63,392 nucleotides of DNA, filler included, from Octopus bimaculoides (GCF_001194135.2; 5 parts of 5 records of this genome joined end to end with filler, not necessarily neighbours in it); one strand, 5' to 3'; shown: positions 27,917-42,307, counted from the whole stretch's first letter. The notes: generated from the letters alone by a model not told the origin. Made by a program: numbers and translations.

Positions 27917-28016
27917 NNNNNNNNNNNNNNNNNNNNNNNNNNNNNNNNNNNNNNNNNNNNTTAATTAATTAANNNNNNNNNNNNNNNNNNNNNNNNNNNN
28001 NNNNNNNNNNNNNNNN
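27917..28016. other. Artificial scaffold-join spacer
   Basis: N44 + TTAATTAATTAA (27961-27972) + N44. Confidence 0.97.
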
Positions 28017-28140
28017 AATCCCTAAAAGATGAAAAGTAAAGTCGAAATCGACAGAATCAGCAATCAGAACTTAAGATTGTCACAAAATACTGCTTAGCAT
28101 TTTGTCCGGTGTGCTAATTATTCCGTCAGCTTGCCGCTTC

Positions 28141-28172
<32 letters not shown>

Positions 28173-28175
<3 letters not shown>

Positions 28176-28474
28176 AATAAACAACTATGACAATTTAAAG
28201 TGGGAAATACGAAGGCTGTGGTCAATGAAGAGAGTAGATGTGATACCAATAGTAATTGGTGCACTTGGAAGTATCGGCACTCAACTCCCAACATGGCTGA
28301 AAAAGATCGCTGCAAAGGCAGAACTCGTACAAAAATCAGCATTGCTTGGAAATGTAAGAATTTTTCGCAGGGTTCTTGAAGCATGACCAGTAAATAAGTG
28401 TCACCTTAGTCTGCTGGCTGTAGACAGCTGACACTTTCCATCATACCCAGTGATATAAGCTGTGAGTTTTAGTA
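28173..28474 (+). mobile_element. 5'-truncated Dong/R4-like LINE (RLE C-terminus plus 3' UTR)
   Basis: YDNLKWEIRRLW..VIPIVIGALGSI..VQKSALLGNVRIFRRVLEA* is typical of the restriction-like endonuclease end. Flanked by (AAT)n on both sides. Confidence 0.8.
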
Positions 28475-28514
28475 CAATAATAATAACAACAACAATAATA
28501 ATAATAATAATAGC

Positions 28515-28884
28515 AACAAGAGGACTCAGAGGGCGCAAATCTCCGCCAAAGTAACACCAACGTCCTCTCAGCGATTAGCCAGAGATGATTTTTTAAAATG
28601 AAAATATCTGGAATAAACTCGACTGCTCTCACAAACGAGAATACAAAAAATGAACTCGACCGCTCTCAAAAATTACGTAAAACAAAAACAGGAAAAATAA
28701 TCCAGAATCCTTGTCCGGTACCGGATCCATCCCAAAATCTAATCAGTTCCTGTCAGTCACGAGGTCAAACATCCCTGAAAGTTTCATCTGAATCCATCCA
28801 GCGGTTCTTGAGATATCTTGTCCACGGACAAACAAACAAACACGACTGAAAACAATACGTCCGCCTTCGCGAAGGCGGAGGTAA
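28515..28884 (-). mobile_element. Non-autonomous HINE/DINE-1-like element
   Basis: Minus strand reads TTACCTCCGCC subTIR with adjacent inverted copy (perfect 20-bp palindrome 28860-28879), (GTTT)n, core, second GGCGGAG at 28540-28546, and CTTGTT end. Confidence 0.65.
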
Positions 28885-29125
28885 TAATAATAATGATAAT
28901 AATAATGATTTCAAATTTTGGCACAAGGCCAGAAATTTCATGGGATGGGGTAAGTCGGTAACATCGATCCCGGTGTTCAGCTGGTATTTATTTTTATGGA
29001 CCCCGAAAAAGATGAAAGGCAAAGTCGACTTCGGCGGAATTTGTACACAGAACGTAACGTAACGGCAAACGAAATACCGCTAAGCATTTTGCCCGGCATG
29101 CTAACGATTCTGCCAGCTCGTTGCC

Positions 29126-29157
<32 letters not shown>

Positions 29158-29179
29158 AATAATAATAATAATAATAATA

Positions 29180-29260
<81 letters not shown>

Positions 29261-29606
29261 GACCGCAACGGACCAAAACATTGAGGACGATATCTAAAGT
29301 GAAAATACAACATACAAAATGGTGAAGTTTATGTTGATCAAAGGGATGCAACACAAAATAGAAAAAATAAATAAGCAAATGAATGATGATGATTTATGTA
29401 AAAGATCAGGAATTTAAGGGAAGGGGTTAGTCGATGATATCGACTCCAGTATTTGAACAGCTACATTATTTTATCGATCTCAAAAAGATGAAACGCTAAG
29501 TTGACCTTGGTGAGATTTGTACCTAGAACGTAAAACGATACTGAATCGCCGATAGATAAATGTTTGAATAAAGTCATGAACTCATGAACCAGTATTGATA
29601 CAATAG

Positions 29607-29668
<62 letters not shown>

Positions 29669-30210
29669 GGGTACGACATATACGTTTACCTTTTATTTAA
29701 ACACAATGTCATGCACTTTAGTTGGAAAAAAATTATGGCTTCCGGTGAAAACAAAGAGTGGCCATTTTGAATTGTAAATATATGTAACATTTTGACAGAA
29801 GTAATATTAATCAACTTTCATTAACGAAAATCCTAAAACTTTTATACTTTATGATAAAATGAACAATCAGTAAATATATATGGTACAGCAGGTGTGTATA
29901 TATATAAGGGGTGCACATATACATATAGCCATCTGTGTTACGTACCTGATACAGATAAAGCTTGAAAATGCAAATTTACCGCGGTATTCGACCGGAGATA
30001 TCTCTTATGAGCGTGCAGCGATGTATTTACATTTATTATTATACACAGATGACTATTTTTTTCATCTAATACTGGTTCTGTTGCATAACACACACTCACA
30101 CACACGCATGTGTGCACATACACATGTATATATAATAGATATTGTCTACTAAATACTCATAAATAAATTCGTGAATAATTGGCCCTGAAGTATGCGCATG
30201 CATACACACA

Positions 30211-30251
<41 letters not shown>

Positions 30252-30411
30252 TGTTAGATAGCTAGATGTTTCATATTGAGATGTATGCCTGTGTGTAAAT
30301 ATCAATATTGACACACGTATGTGTGTCGATATTTTAAAAATAATAAAAGCAAAGTAAATAAAATTAACTTTTATGAAGCTATACTGACATCCTCTCTGAC
30401 ATGCACACAAG

Positions 30412-30463
<52 letters not shown>

Positions 30464-31002
30464 TTATCTCTCTCTCTATCTCACACACATGCACACACAG
30501 GCGCGCGCGCACATTTGTGGATATTACTTTTGACTTCTTTTAAACCAAAACGAATCAAATTTGCAAAGATACAATTACAATATATTAATGAATAAATATA
30601 ATCGATACTAATTTGTCGATTTTATAGATCTCTTTGTTTGTTTTTGTTTTTATTTTGAATTTTCAAATCAGCAAATGTAATAAAATTAATAATTAATCAC
30701 AATATCAAAAAAAAAAAAAAAAAAAAAAAANNNNNNNNNNNNNNNNNNNNNNNNNNNNNNNNNNNNNNNNNNNNNNNNNNNNNNNNNNNNNNNNNNNNNN
30801 NNNNNNNNNNNNNNNNNNNNNNNNNNNNNNNNNNNNNNNNNNNNNNNNNNNNNNNNNNNNNNNNNNNNNNNNNNNNNNNNNNNNNNNNNNNNNNNNNNNN
30901 NNNNNNNNNNNNNNNNNNNNNNNNNNNNNNNNNNNNNNNNNNNNNNNNNNNNNNNNNNNNNNNNNNNNNNNNNNNNNNNNNNNNNNNNNNNNNNNNNNNN
31001 NN

Positions 31003-31052
<50 letters not shown>

Positions 31053-33217
31053 TTACCTCAGATTCTAACTGAAGTGTAGTCAAACTTAATCCTGGTTTAC
31101 AGTTGACTTCAATAATGAAATAATGACCTTCGATCTACGATCAAAAGGAGTTGTATTTTTACGCTGATTGCTACACTTGAGTCTTGATCTAATTTTGCTT
31201 CTGTCTCCAACAGTTAAAGTTGTCATCCTTGATCCAGGTTTATTGTTGATTGTAACAATAAAATAGTGGCCCACAATACGCTCAATCTACGATAAATTGG
31301 GATTAATTTTAACACTGACTCTTAGAGTTAAGAAATAAGTCTTGATTCGCTATTAACTCTGACTCTAATAATAGTCAGGCTTGATCTACGTTTATTGTTA
31401 ATTACAACAGAAAAATAGTTAAATTTGATCCAGTTTTACCAATTTATTATAACAGTGAAATAGTTGACCTAAGTTTAAGACCAAAAGCATTTCCATTTCG
31501 TTTTCCGTTATTTAGCTATAGTATACCTAAGACTACATCAGCCAATGCGACCTTGTTTTCAAAATTAACCTGGTGTCATTTAAGCAAGATTTAGCTGTTG
31601 GTGTTATTTAATCTCTGATCAAGCAGATCTATAGTCAGACATTCCAACTGTAATGATTCGTATTTTTAGAATAATCGTGGATTACACTATCCTTTGAGTC
31701 CTTTTATCCTTCCCTAACAGTAAGCTATGATTTGAACAAAAAAACTGGTTACTATGTTTTGCTGCACGAATGACCACGTACAGGCTCCCCTCATTGTCTC
31801 ATAATAACTAGACAATTCAACTGTTAAATGGCTCGACTAAGAATGCACGATACGAACCAAGGGGCTTTTGGCTAATACTCAGACCACCCTATAGCCACTC
31901 GGTCATTTGCGATGTGTATTGTGATCGCATTGCGGTTTCAATTTCCGGTTGAAGCCATTTCGCTCCATTTTACTTACACCGCTAAGGCCACTTGAAAACG
32001 CATGAACATCTCAATACTCTCATTTTCTCCATCCTATATAACATCAGTTCTTTGTCTTTAAACAAAAGGCTCCCTCTTACTATTATCCCTTAAATTATCT
32101 TATGAGGTATTACGTTTCATTACTAGAAAATGAAATACTAAAAACGAGAATACATTATGTCATTATGTCTTGTCTGTCTCTCTGCTACGGAAATTAAATC
32201 ATCGAAATGTAGCGTCCGTATGCATTTTTTGTTTTGTTTATTTTAGTTTGTGGTTAAGTTCGCCTCGTAAGCGAGTGGCTTCGGGTTCAGTCCATCTGTA
32301 CCGCTCCTTGGGCAAGTGTTTTCTAATATAGCCCCGATCTTGGCTGATACTTTATTTTCAAAAGGACCAAGGAGTGAAGAACAATAATGGCCTTCACAGG
32401 GTCACGATGTTGGAGATAGTACAAAAAGGTGAAATACAAAAGCAGTGATGGGTGGGACATATCGACTAAAAAGAAGAGAAAATAACCAACAACTGCAGAA
32501 AACAATAAGGATGACCCCCCCCCCCCCAACGGGGTTGGTGGTAAACCATCACGGGTAAATCGGGTAGTCTTCGAATTAGCTTTCGCCTTTCTGTTTTTGG
32601 GAAGCCTAATTTCTCAAGATTGGTATTTAGGCAATGTGTTACATATACAGGGCCCCAATAATAACAGGTATAAACCTGGTATGTATGTATGTATGTATGT
32701 ATGTATGTATGTATGTATATTGAATAGTACGAGAAGGTGTGTATCCTGGCGGTTAGTAACTGGTCTCTCGATTACTTAGGATCGATGACCTGTTCAGACA
32801 TTGCGATGTGTCCTTGTACAAGTCACTTTACTCCTCCTTTGTTCCGTCCACTCAAACGAGTCTCAGCAACAGCTGGAAATTAGTTCTGCGACTGGCTGGC
32901 GTCCCATTCCCAAGTGTGGGCTCTCGCTGTCGCTTATCCGTCTTAGAAACTGCAATAAGCTACAGTCTAATGAATTCGTGAAAGCTCTATCTGATTATTA
33001 TAATAATGAGTCATATCGATATTTTTTACTGCGTGCAGCACATAAAATAGATGCTGCTGGTAGTCTCTGTTAGTCTAATAATGGGGCATATAAGCTCTCG
33101 ACAGAAAAGGTGTTGGCTTTCCCGTACACGTTGAATCAGAATCAACGGAGATAGATTCATAAGTGTGTGTATTTGTGTATATCTGAGTGTGTATAACACA
33201 CACACACACAAACACAA

Positions 33218-33263
<46 letters not shown>

Positions 33264-34169
33264 TAATACAAAAGACGGGGCGTAGCTAGAAGAATTTATT
33301 AGCACAGCAATTTTGTCTGAAGATCAAAAAGCGTGAAACTTGAAGTATGGTTTTAGATTAATACGATTTTCTATTTCACTTTAGCTTTACATTTTTTGTA
33401 CTGAATTCTCTTTTCACCAACATGTTTTATTGCTAGGTTATCGATTGCGTGGGCGCTCGCTCATNNNNNNNNNNNNNNNNNNNNNNNNNNNNNNNNNNNN
33501 NNNNNNNNNNNNNNNNNNNNNNNNNNNNNNNNNNNNNNNNNNNNNNNNNNNNNNNNNNNNNNNNNNNNNNNNNNNNNNNNNNNNNNNNNNNNNNNNNNNN
33601 NNNNNNNNNNNNNNNNNNNNNNNNNNNNNNNNNNNNNNNNNNNNNNNNNNNNNNNNNNNNNNNNNNNNNNNNNNNNNNNNNNNNNNNNNNNNNNNNNNNN
33701 NNNNNNNNNNNNNNNNNNNNNNNNNNNNNNNNNNNNNNNNNNNNNNNNNNNNNNNNNNNNNNNNNNNNNNNNNNNNNNNNNNNNNNNNNNNNNNNNNNNN
33801 NNNNNNNNNNNNNNNNNNNNNNNNNNNNNNNNNNNNNNNNNNNNNNNNNNNNNNNNNNNNNNNNNNNNNNNNNNNNNNNNNNNNNNNNNNNNNNNNNNNN
33901 NNNNNNNNNNNNNNNNNNNNNNNNNNNNNNNNNNNNNNNNNNNNNNNNNNNNNNNNNNNNNNNNNNNNNNNNNNNNNNNNNNNNNNNNNNNNNNNNNNNN
34001 NNNNNNNNNNNNNNNNNNNNNNNNNNNNNNNNNNNNNNNNNNNNNNNNNNNNNNNNNNNNNNNNNNNNNNNNNNNNNNNNNNNNNNNNNNNNNNNNNNNN
34101 NNNNNNNNNNNNNNNNNNNNNNNNNNNNNNNNNNNNNNNNNNNNNNNNNNNNNNNNNNNNNNNNNNNNN

Positions 34170-34211
<42 letters not shown>

Positions 34212-34456
34212 CGTATCTGGAAACCAGAAGACGTGCGTGAATAGCTAGTGTAGTAGTAGTAGTAATAGTAGTGTCATCATCATCGTCAGCAATACAAGAA
34301 TATATGTAACAAAGGAGAAAAAGAAAAAAATAATAGAACAGGAAGAAGAATAATTCTTACTTAAAATCTCTTTAATCATAATCTTGACTTTACATGATTA
34401 ATCAGATAATTTCACGTAACGGGGTCTTTTTATTTATTTATTTATTTATTCATTAT

Positions 34457-34493
<37 letters not shown>

Positions 34494-34934
34494 TCTGGTT
34501 ATATACTATCTTCGTCTATTTTCTTTTCGTTTCTTTTATTTTATTCAATAAATGAATCAAACAGCCATATAGAGAATGAGGTGTCTATAAGGACACTTTG
34601 CCACAGAGCAAGTCCATTATTATTATTATTATTATTATTATCATTATTATTATTATTATTATTATTATCATCATTATTATTATTATTATGCTTGCTGTTG
34701 TTGTTTTTGTTCTTGTTGTTCTAGTACATTCCAAGCCAGCTCTTTCTTATTAGTGCTATCTGTATTGTCTGCAGCGATGACCTAACAAGGTAGGGGTGGG
34801 TCGGCGAGTGCGAAGGTGTGGTCGGGAAGGCGAGATATATATGCTTGGATGAATGGCTAGATGGATGGTGGTGATGGTGTTGGTGGTGGTGGTGGTAATG
34901 ATGGTGTCCGTGGTGGTGATGGTGATGGTGTGTC

Positions 34935-35034
34935 NNNNNNNNNNNNNNNNNNNNNNNNNNNNNNNNNNNNNNNNNNNNTTAATTAATTAANNNNNNNNNN
35001 NNNNNNNNNNNNNNNNNNNNNNNNNNNNNNNNNN
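34935..35034. other. Artificial scaffold-join spacer
   Basis: N44 + TTAATTAATTAA (34979-34990) + N44. Confidence 0.97.
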
Positions 35035-35954
35035 ATATATATATATATATATATATATATAAATTGTAAATCCCAAAAATAAATTGTATATATATATATG
35101 TGTGTGTGTGTGTACACACAAGAGGGTGCTGAAAAGTTCTTGGCTTGTCCTTTGCAGGTGCTGGTGCCACATGAAAAACACCCCTGCAAGTGCTGCATAA
35201 ATGTACCCGTCCTGGTGGCATGTGAAAAAGCACCCAGCACACTCTGTTAGGTGTTTGGCATCAGGAAGGTATCCATCCATAGAGACCATGCCACAGCTGA
35301 CAATTTACCATCACGCTGTAATAATATGAAAATTCATCTCTTAACCATAGTTTTGGAAAAAAAAATTTTGGCTTAATCATAATGTAACTTAATTTTGACC
35401 ATTTTATCTCTTTAATTTTCCTTTCAACAACTGACATCTTAGGTCATTGGCCTGGTTCGCCATATCAATATAAAATAATGTGGGGGCGGTCAAGATTTTA
35501 GACTTATGATATTAAGATTAATATGTTGTTTATCTGAATTTCTTGAATAAACACGGAAGTTTCTGTCAAACGGTGACATTTCCTTTGCTTCTCTCAACGT
35601 CATTGCCACTTCATCTCCTGTCAGTGTATTAGAGTCTCTTCAATCAACAGGCCAACCCATTCTAGTCTTCTCCTGTGTATTTCTCCCCTTTACTCTTCTG
35701 TTTTTCCTTCCTCTAAATATGCATTTAACTTGGTTTTGTACATTTCTACCGAGCTTCCATCTCCCTGCTTCCCAAGGAAGTGTCTTATCATCAGGGTGCA
35801 AGCCATTCCACTAAAATTTCCCATGATGCACTTACCTCATAATTCATGCCATGACATCAACACCATTCTAAGATGGCTTCTACAAATCCATGCCCCCCCC
35901 ACACACACACACACTATGCAATACAGCCTCAACGTTTCTCTACATCTAATATTG

Positions 35955-36170
35955 ATTTCAAATTTTGGTGCAAGGCCAGCAATTTTGGGAAGGGGGCAAG
36001 TCAACTGAATCGATCCCAGGACTCAACTGGTACTTATTTTATTGACCCCGAAAGGATGAAAGGCAAAGTTGACCTCAACAGAATTTGAACTCAGAGATCC
36101 TGACGATGGGCAAAACGCCACTAAGCATTTTTGCTTGGCTTGTTAACAATTCTGCCAGCTTGCTGACTTT
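35955..36170 (-). mobile_element. Family B SINE, CpG-decayed
   Basis: Aligns with the 26785 copy. GTTGACCTCAACAG replaces GTCGACCTCGGCGG. Confidence 0.85.
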
Positions 36171-37133
36171 CTCAACATGTAGCACTGCTTTAAGTTCCAT
36201 GGCATCTCTCTGCATCCTATATTTAAAGAAAACAACCACCTCTGTCCATGTATCTATGTCCATTCTTTTAGTTGTTTCTTGTGTTTCAGTCATTGGACTG
36301 CAGCCATGATGGGTCAAGTCCTTCAAATCTGTTTAGTTCTGGGGTCAATTTGCACAATTAAAACCCTTCGAAGTGGTGCTCCAGCATGGCTGCAGTCAAA
36401 TGACTGAAACCAGTAAAAGAAGGTGAAATAGAACTGGTGTGTGTGTGTGTTTATTTATTATTGGCATGATGATCCTCCCTCACATCAAAAGTTTTGCAAA
36501 CCAACTACAAAAATGAATTATTATTTATTCTCATCAATAAATGGAGTAGTTTGCAATTGGAATACAAGTCAAAACATGTTCTCCGTTTACATTGCATAAT
36601 GGAGTTTATGCAAACACCATGGAGGTAGTTTTATATCAGTTTGGCATTGGTCCAGCTTCAGACAATTATTGTAGCTTAGCTTGGAGAGCGTTTTGCTTTT
36701 CACCAAAAAGCAAATCCACCTGTTACACACAGTCCTATTGGATTGTGTCACCCACCTCTGAAACATCTGTGTTGATTTTCTTTTTTGAATGTGTAAATGC
36801 CCACATCTAAGTGAGCATGAAGGTAGGTGTGTGTGTGTGTGTGTATGCTGGGAGTGGGTGGGTGTTTATATGTTTGTGTGTATGTGCTTGTGAATATGTT
36901 GTGTGTATATAAATTTGAACTCTGTACATAGGTATATGTATGCTCCTATATATATATATATGTATGTATATATATATATATATAACCCTAACCCTAATCC
37001 CAAATCAGACATGCAATCTATGTGGGTGTCTTTTCAAAACATTGTCTGGTTTAAAAAGCTACTTCAGATGCCATATGGTTCTGAGGTGTAGGTACAGGAG
37101 GTAGTTAAACTCTGCATAAGAAGTAGACAACCA

Positions 37134-37218
<85 letters not shown>

Positions 37219-38309
37219 TACATTGTATTTGTGCCTCGTGTTTCATGTACTTTTTCTTTTGTATCCAAGTTGGCTAATTTTAGAATTTTCTATTATCACA
37301 TGACACAACAGTGTGTTTCTGTTTCTAAATCCTTCTCACTGTCACACAAATCCCTGGGCCCTTGAATCACTTATATATCACTTTGTAATTAATACACTTG
37401 CATATGTGTGTGTGTGTGTATATATATGTGTGTATATAAAGACCCCCTTTGGTCATGAATGACCATGGGATTGCACCTTGAAAGTTCCCCTCCGGGGCAC
37501 AAGTCCAGGCCAGGCCAGGTTGTTTTATGGAAGACCAGCAGTCGCCACTGCATACCAGCCTCCCGTCTCCATGCCACCAATGTTATGCAAGGGAAAGGCA
37601 AAGGCTGATAGAATAAGTACCAACCAGGCTTTTAAATAAATAAATAAAAAAATAGATACTGATCTTGAGTCATTCGACTGAAATTGTTCAAAGCAGTGCC
37701 CCAGCATGGCCGTAGTCGAATGACTGAGACAACTAAAGCATACGACATATAAAATAGATTGTGTGTGTGTTTATAATTCTCTACTGGTGACCATGAGAAC
37801 CTACTGAATTAAACTGACTTCCACACAAGAGTGTCACCAGCTCAACCACAAGTACTGCTGCTGCTGCTACTACTGCTACTATTTCAAATAGAACTGTTTC
37901 CCTTTATTTTAGAAACAATGATTACTAAATAGCTTTACTTTTGAATCCATAGTTACTAAAAATATGTGTATCCAGTACAGCTGCTTATTGTAATCAGTGG
38001 TGTACACTTCTATAAATATATATTACTGTTGGATGGCTATTTCTCTCTAACCATCCTGATTAAGTAAAGAGCTTTGTGTGTGTGTGTGTGTGCGTGTGTC
38101 TGTGTTTGATTGGACTTCATTTTGTTGTTCAGTTGCATTTTTGTGAGTTGTTTTTAGCTGGTTGGTGGGGTGGGGGTGGGAGTACCTTGTGGTTTATGAA
38201 ATACTTGCGGAAATACTCTTCCCATTATTTAAAAAAAGATATTGTAATGCAGATAAAATCTTTAAAAGCACTTTAACAACAGCAAGAGCAACAACAACAA
38301 TGATAATCC

Positions 38310-38735
38310 TTTCTACTAAAGGCACAAGGCCTGAAATTTTGTGGTGGGTGGTGGTGGGGGAACTAGTCGATTACATTGATCCCCAGTGGTTCACTGGTAC
38401 TTATTTCATCGACGCCGAAAGAAGGAAAGGCAAAATTGACCTTGGTGGAACTTCAACCCAGAACGTAAAGATGGACAACGATTCTGCCAGCGCTCCACCA
38501 CCACAATAATAATAATAATAACAATAATAATGGTGGTTTCAAATTTTGGCACAAACCCAGCAATTTCAGGTTGGTTGGTTGGTAAGTCAATTACATCGAC
38601 CCCAGTGTTTCACTGGTACTTAATTTATCAACCCTGAAAGGATGAAAGGCAAAGTCAACCTTGGCTGAATTTGAAGTCAGAACATAAAGGTGGGTGAAAT
38701 GACCCCGAAGCATTTCGCCAGGCATACTAACAGTA
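38310..38735 (-). mobile_element. Two tandem family B SINEs separated by (AAT)n
   Basis: Copies at ~38310-38495 and ~38535-38735, both with the GAAAGGCAAA.T..ACCTTGG domain. Confidence 0.8.
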
Positions 38736-39254
38736 TCAGTATTAATATGCCAGTGAAGAGGCCATTTGAGGACTAGCTGTGTGAGAATATTATCATCCTC
38801 AGCAGATGTCCATCACCTCACCAAGTTTCTCCCCCACCCCTTACATACCTGGTAATAACTAGCCCCTGTATTAGCAGGAAGAGTACCATATGCTCTCATT
38901 CCCTTACTACAGTGATTAATATTGCGCTTATCCAAAGAGGATTTTAACCCAATATTTACATATTATTTATGGCTGCATCTAGTTTGAGATTTACCATTCT
39001 ACTAAATATATATTTTCATATGGACAAAAATAATGCTACCCTTTTTTTCTTTCTCAAAAAGAAGAGCAAATTATTTGCATGGGACCCTATTCTTCAATCA
39101 CCCCTTTTCTTTTATTCACACAGACACCCAGCCATAATCTTATCTTATAGTGCCCACCCTTGTCGACTTCCTTCTCTTCCTCTTTTATTCNNNNNNNNNN
39201 CATATCCTTCACCCTCCTCCTCTCTCTCTCTTGCATACATCTGGCGAAAATAGT

Positions 39255-39400
39255 CTTTCTTAAGTGAAGAAATATTTGGTGGAAAACAACAAACTTTTTC
39301 ATTAGTTGACCTAAAAAAAAAGAAGGCATTTGACAGGTTCCCTGTGGTGTGTAATGAGAAAGCTGTGTGTTGATAAATGGCATTTGAGCTGCAGTAGTAG
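39255..39400 (+). mobile_element. Degenerate RTE RT fragment
   Basis: KYLVENNKL..VDL..KAFDRFP..MRKLCVDKW, homologous to the open RT at 63080. Confidence 0.7.
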
Positions 39401-40849
39401 AGGCCAATATATGGAGCTATTACTGAGCAATAAAGGTTCAGGTATTTATCTAAGGAGGATGGGAAGGGGAGATCATCAGCACCCTCCTTCCCCCACCTCA
39501 TTTACAACCCCCTGTGTGTGTGTGTGTGAACTCAGGAGTTGCTGAAGTTGGTACATTGAAATGGAAGCTTATTCTAAGAGGCTGACACTATTTATTATTC
39601 TCTCAGCAATAAAGAGTCACACATCTAAACAATGTAAGGAAAATTTCAGAGAAGTACTTGTTTGGTAAGTGATTTGATCTGAAATAATGTGTTGAAACTA
39701 AGACAATTTCTGCAGAGAAGTCACATATTAGCCATCAAAAAACTCACAGACTGTCAACTTCACTTAACCCTTTCGCATTCGGATTACTCAAATGCAATAC
39801 ATGTTCATTCACAATCAATTAATCATGCATTGTCTCATAGCTTTGAGATTTCAAGGATGTGATTGTTTATGTTATGGATGCCAGTAGAATTTCAGTTTAT
39901 ATTTAATACCTGGGGTCGTGATAAAACTCATGATGAAAAATGGGGTCACGAATGAAAAAAGTTTAAGAAGTGCTGCTCCTAGCAGAAAACGCTAACCTAA
40001 GGTGCATACCATGCAGTGGGACTGAACCCGTAACCATGTGGTTAGGAAGCAAACTTCTTAATCATGCAGCTATACATACATTTAAATCTTTTACTATCCT
40101 AATAAAACAAAGGCAATCTATATATATTTCCCCAAACGGAGAGGGGTTGGGAAGACACAGCAAGAACAAAAACAAACAAAACGTTATCAGATAAATTGAT
40201 GTCCTATATTCAACTTGACTTGCATAAAAAGTTTTTCCCTCTCCACCTTCTCCTATTCCTCTTCCCCTCCTCCTTTCTCCCCATATACAATGCCTCGGAT
40301 CTTGACCGCAAGACGATTATCTAATCACACAAATTAGATGTCTGGACCACTTTCTTCGCTTCTCGGGATTTACTAGCCAACGGTTCTAAGTAGTCGTTAG
40401 TACATTTCGCAACGAGACGAGGACTGTTACATCCCATTTGTGTTTTCAGATGGTCAGTCCCAGTGATCTAATAATAGTTATCTGCAAAACTAGCCTTCTC
40501 TCCACCCTCATACACTCACCTTATATATATATGTGTATGTATGTATATTTGTTTGTTTGTGTGTGTGTGTGTGTGTGTGCATGTTTGTATGTGTATATAC
40601 GTATGTTTTTGTGTATATATATATATATTTGTGTGTATACATGTGTGTTTATGTATATATATATATATATGTATGTTTGTGCTTCTATATATACGTATGT
40701 GTTTGTGTGTCTATATATANNNNNNNNNNNNNNNNNNNNNNNNNNNNNNNNNNNNNNNNNNNNNNNNNNNNNNNNNNNNNNNNNNNNNNNNNNNNNNNNN
40801 NNNNNNNNNNNNNNNNNNNNNNNNNNNNNNNNNNNNNNNNNNNNNNNNN

Positions 40850-40883
<34 letters not shown>

Positions 40884-42021
40884 GTAGGTTTGGGCATCTA
40901 TATATATGTATGTGTTTGTGTGTGTGCATATATGTATATTTGTATGTGTGTTTGTGTGTGTGTGTATATGTATGTATGCATCTATAGATGTGTATGTATA
41001 TATGTGTGTGTGTGTATTATGATTATTTTCTGCTGACACACAATCTAACCGGCTCCACACTTGTGTTGTCTCCAGTTGACCTCTATAATCATTATTAAAA
41101 GCTTTCCATCCAGTTAAACACCACTCACCACACACACACACCCACACCATGCACACACAAACACCCACACACCGACACTTGAGCAAGATATTTGTTGTAG
41201 TAGTTGTTGTTGTTGTTGTTGTTGTTGTCATAGCCTTCTTCTGATAAGCAGTAAATTGAACTCTATATTGATTGTGTAGACTGTTTCATATACGATAAAT
41301 GTGAATATACTTAGTTGCATGTATTTCTGGTGTTATAATGTAAACCTTTGATCTTTGTCTCTGTGTGTGGGAGGGGAAAGTCTTGTAAGTGGTATGTTTG
41401 TGTACACACATGCATCAAAGCACTTCGTATACACATACACACACACACACATAAGCTCACACAAGCATATGCACACACACTTATTTATAAGAAGGTGTTT
41501 TATCTACAAAGCAGGTTGTACTCTATTTAAGATGCAAGGTCCATTTATGTATGTTAGGGAGGTGACCTGGTAAGTGGTAAGTTCAGAGCATTGGCAGAGA
41601 TCTCTTTCTGTATTTGTTCTGATTAAATGTTCCTCCAGGTTCAAATCTCTCTGACATCAAACTTAGACTTTCATCCTTTCAGGAATCAATAAGAAGAAAA
41701 ATATCAAGCCAAGATACTGGATTAGTTAAAAACTCTTTCGTTAAATTTAGAAAATTAATTATTGCAGTTGTGACCCCCTATGCATTTACCTATATCCAAC
41801 AAGCAAACAATGTTGGGTATAACTATTCACGAATGAATATATTGCTAGATTTTGATGAAACGGAATATTATTTGTTCCACTGGTAAAACAACAAGCTGTG
41901 TACTCTGTGTTAGTGGAATTGCTATCATTTACATGTTTAGCAAAATTCATACTTTTAAAATTAAGTTTTTAAGAAAAAAATCTTCTATATCCATAAGTAA
42001 TTTTCACCATTTCTTTTCCAG

Positions 42022-42122
42022 GGAAGTCACCACCAGGATTATCGTGAGTTACGCGACCCTGACTATCTGCAGGTTAAAAGACGGATAACATTAATACCTG
42101 ACTACCATCAGGAAAAGGAAAG
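42022..42122 (+). CDS. NCOR: NCoR/SMRT-family corepressor, internal N-terminal exon A
   Basis: ttcttttccag|GGA...GAAAG|gtatgg encodes GSHHQDYRELRDPDYLQVKRRITLIPDYHQEKE(R). KRRITLIPDYH resembles NCoR RRRPSLLSEFH. Ends in phase 2, matching the next exon. Confidence 0.75.
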
Positions 42123-42263
42123 GTATGGCTCTATTGATTTCGACATCTAAATCAGTTGTCCAGGGGGGAAGCTCGGTTATAAAATGGTGGAGGGGAATCC
42201 TGGGTTTGCTGAGAAAGATTGCAACTGGTTGTGGATGCCTGAACATGAAGAGTTTAAAGTTAA

Positions 42264-42304
<41 letters not shown>

Positions 42305-42307
<3 letters not shown>

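Noticed and set aside
27961-27972. TTAATTAATTAA as a conserved regulatory or piggyBac motif
   Set aside because: It is always centred between two N44 runs, so it is an assembly linker.
32801-33073. 91-aa ORF with a signal-peptide-like start
   Set aside because: It starts in SINE-like sequence and has no recognisable domain or splice support.
36592-36810. 72-aa ORF as the missing first NCoR exon
   Set aside because: TTG start and no NCoR-like sequence.
36986-37004. TAACCC telomeric repeats
   Set aside because: Only about two units at a (TA)n edge.
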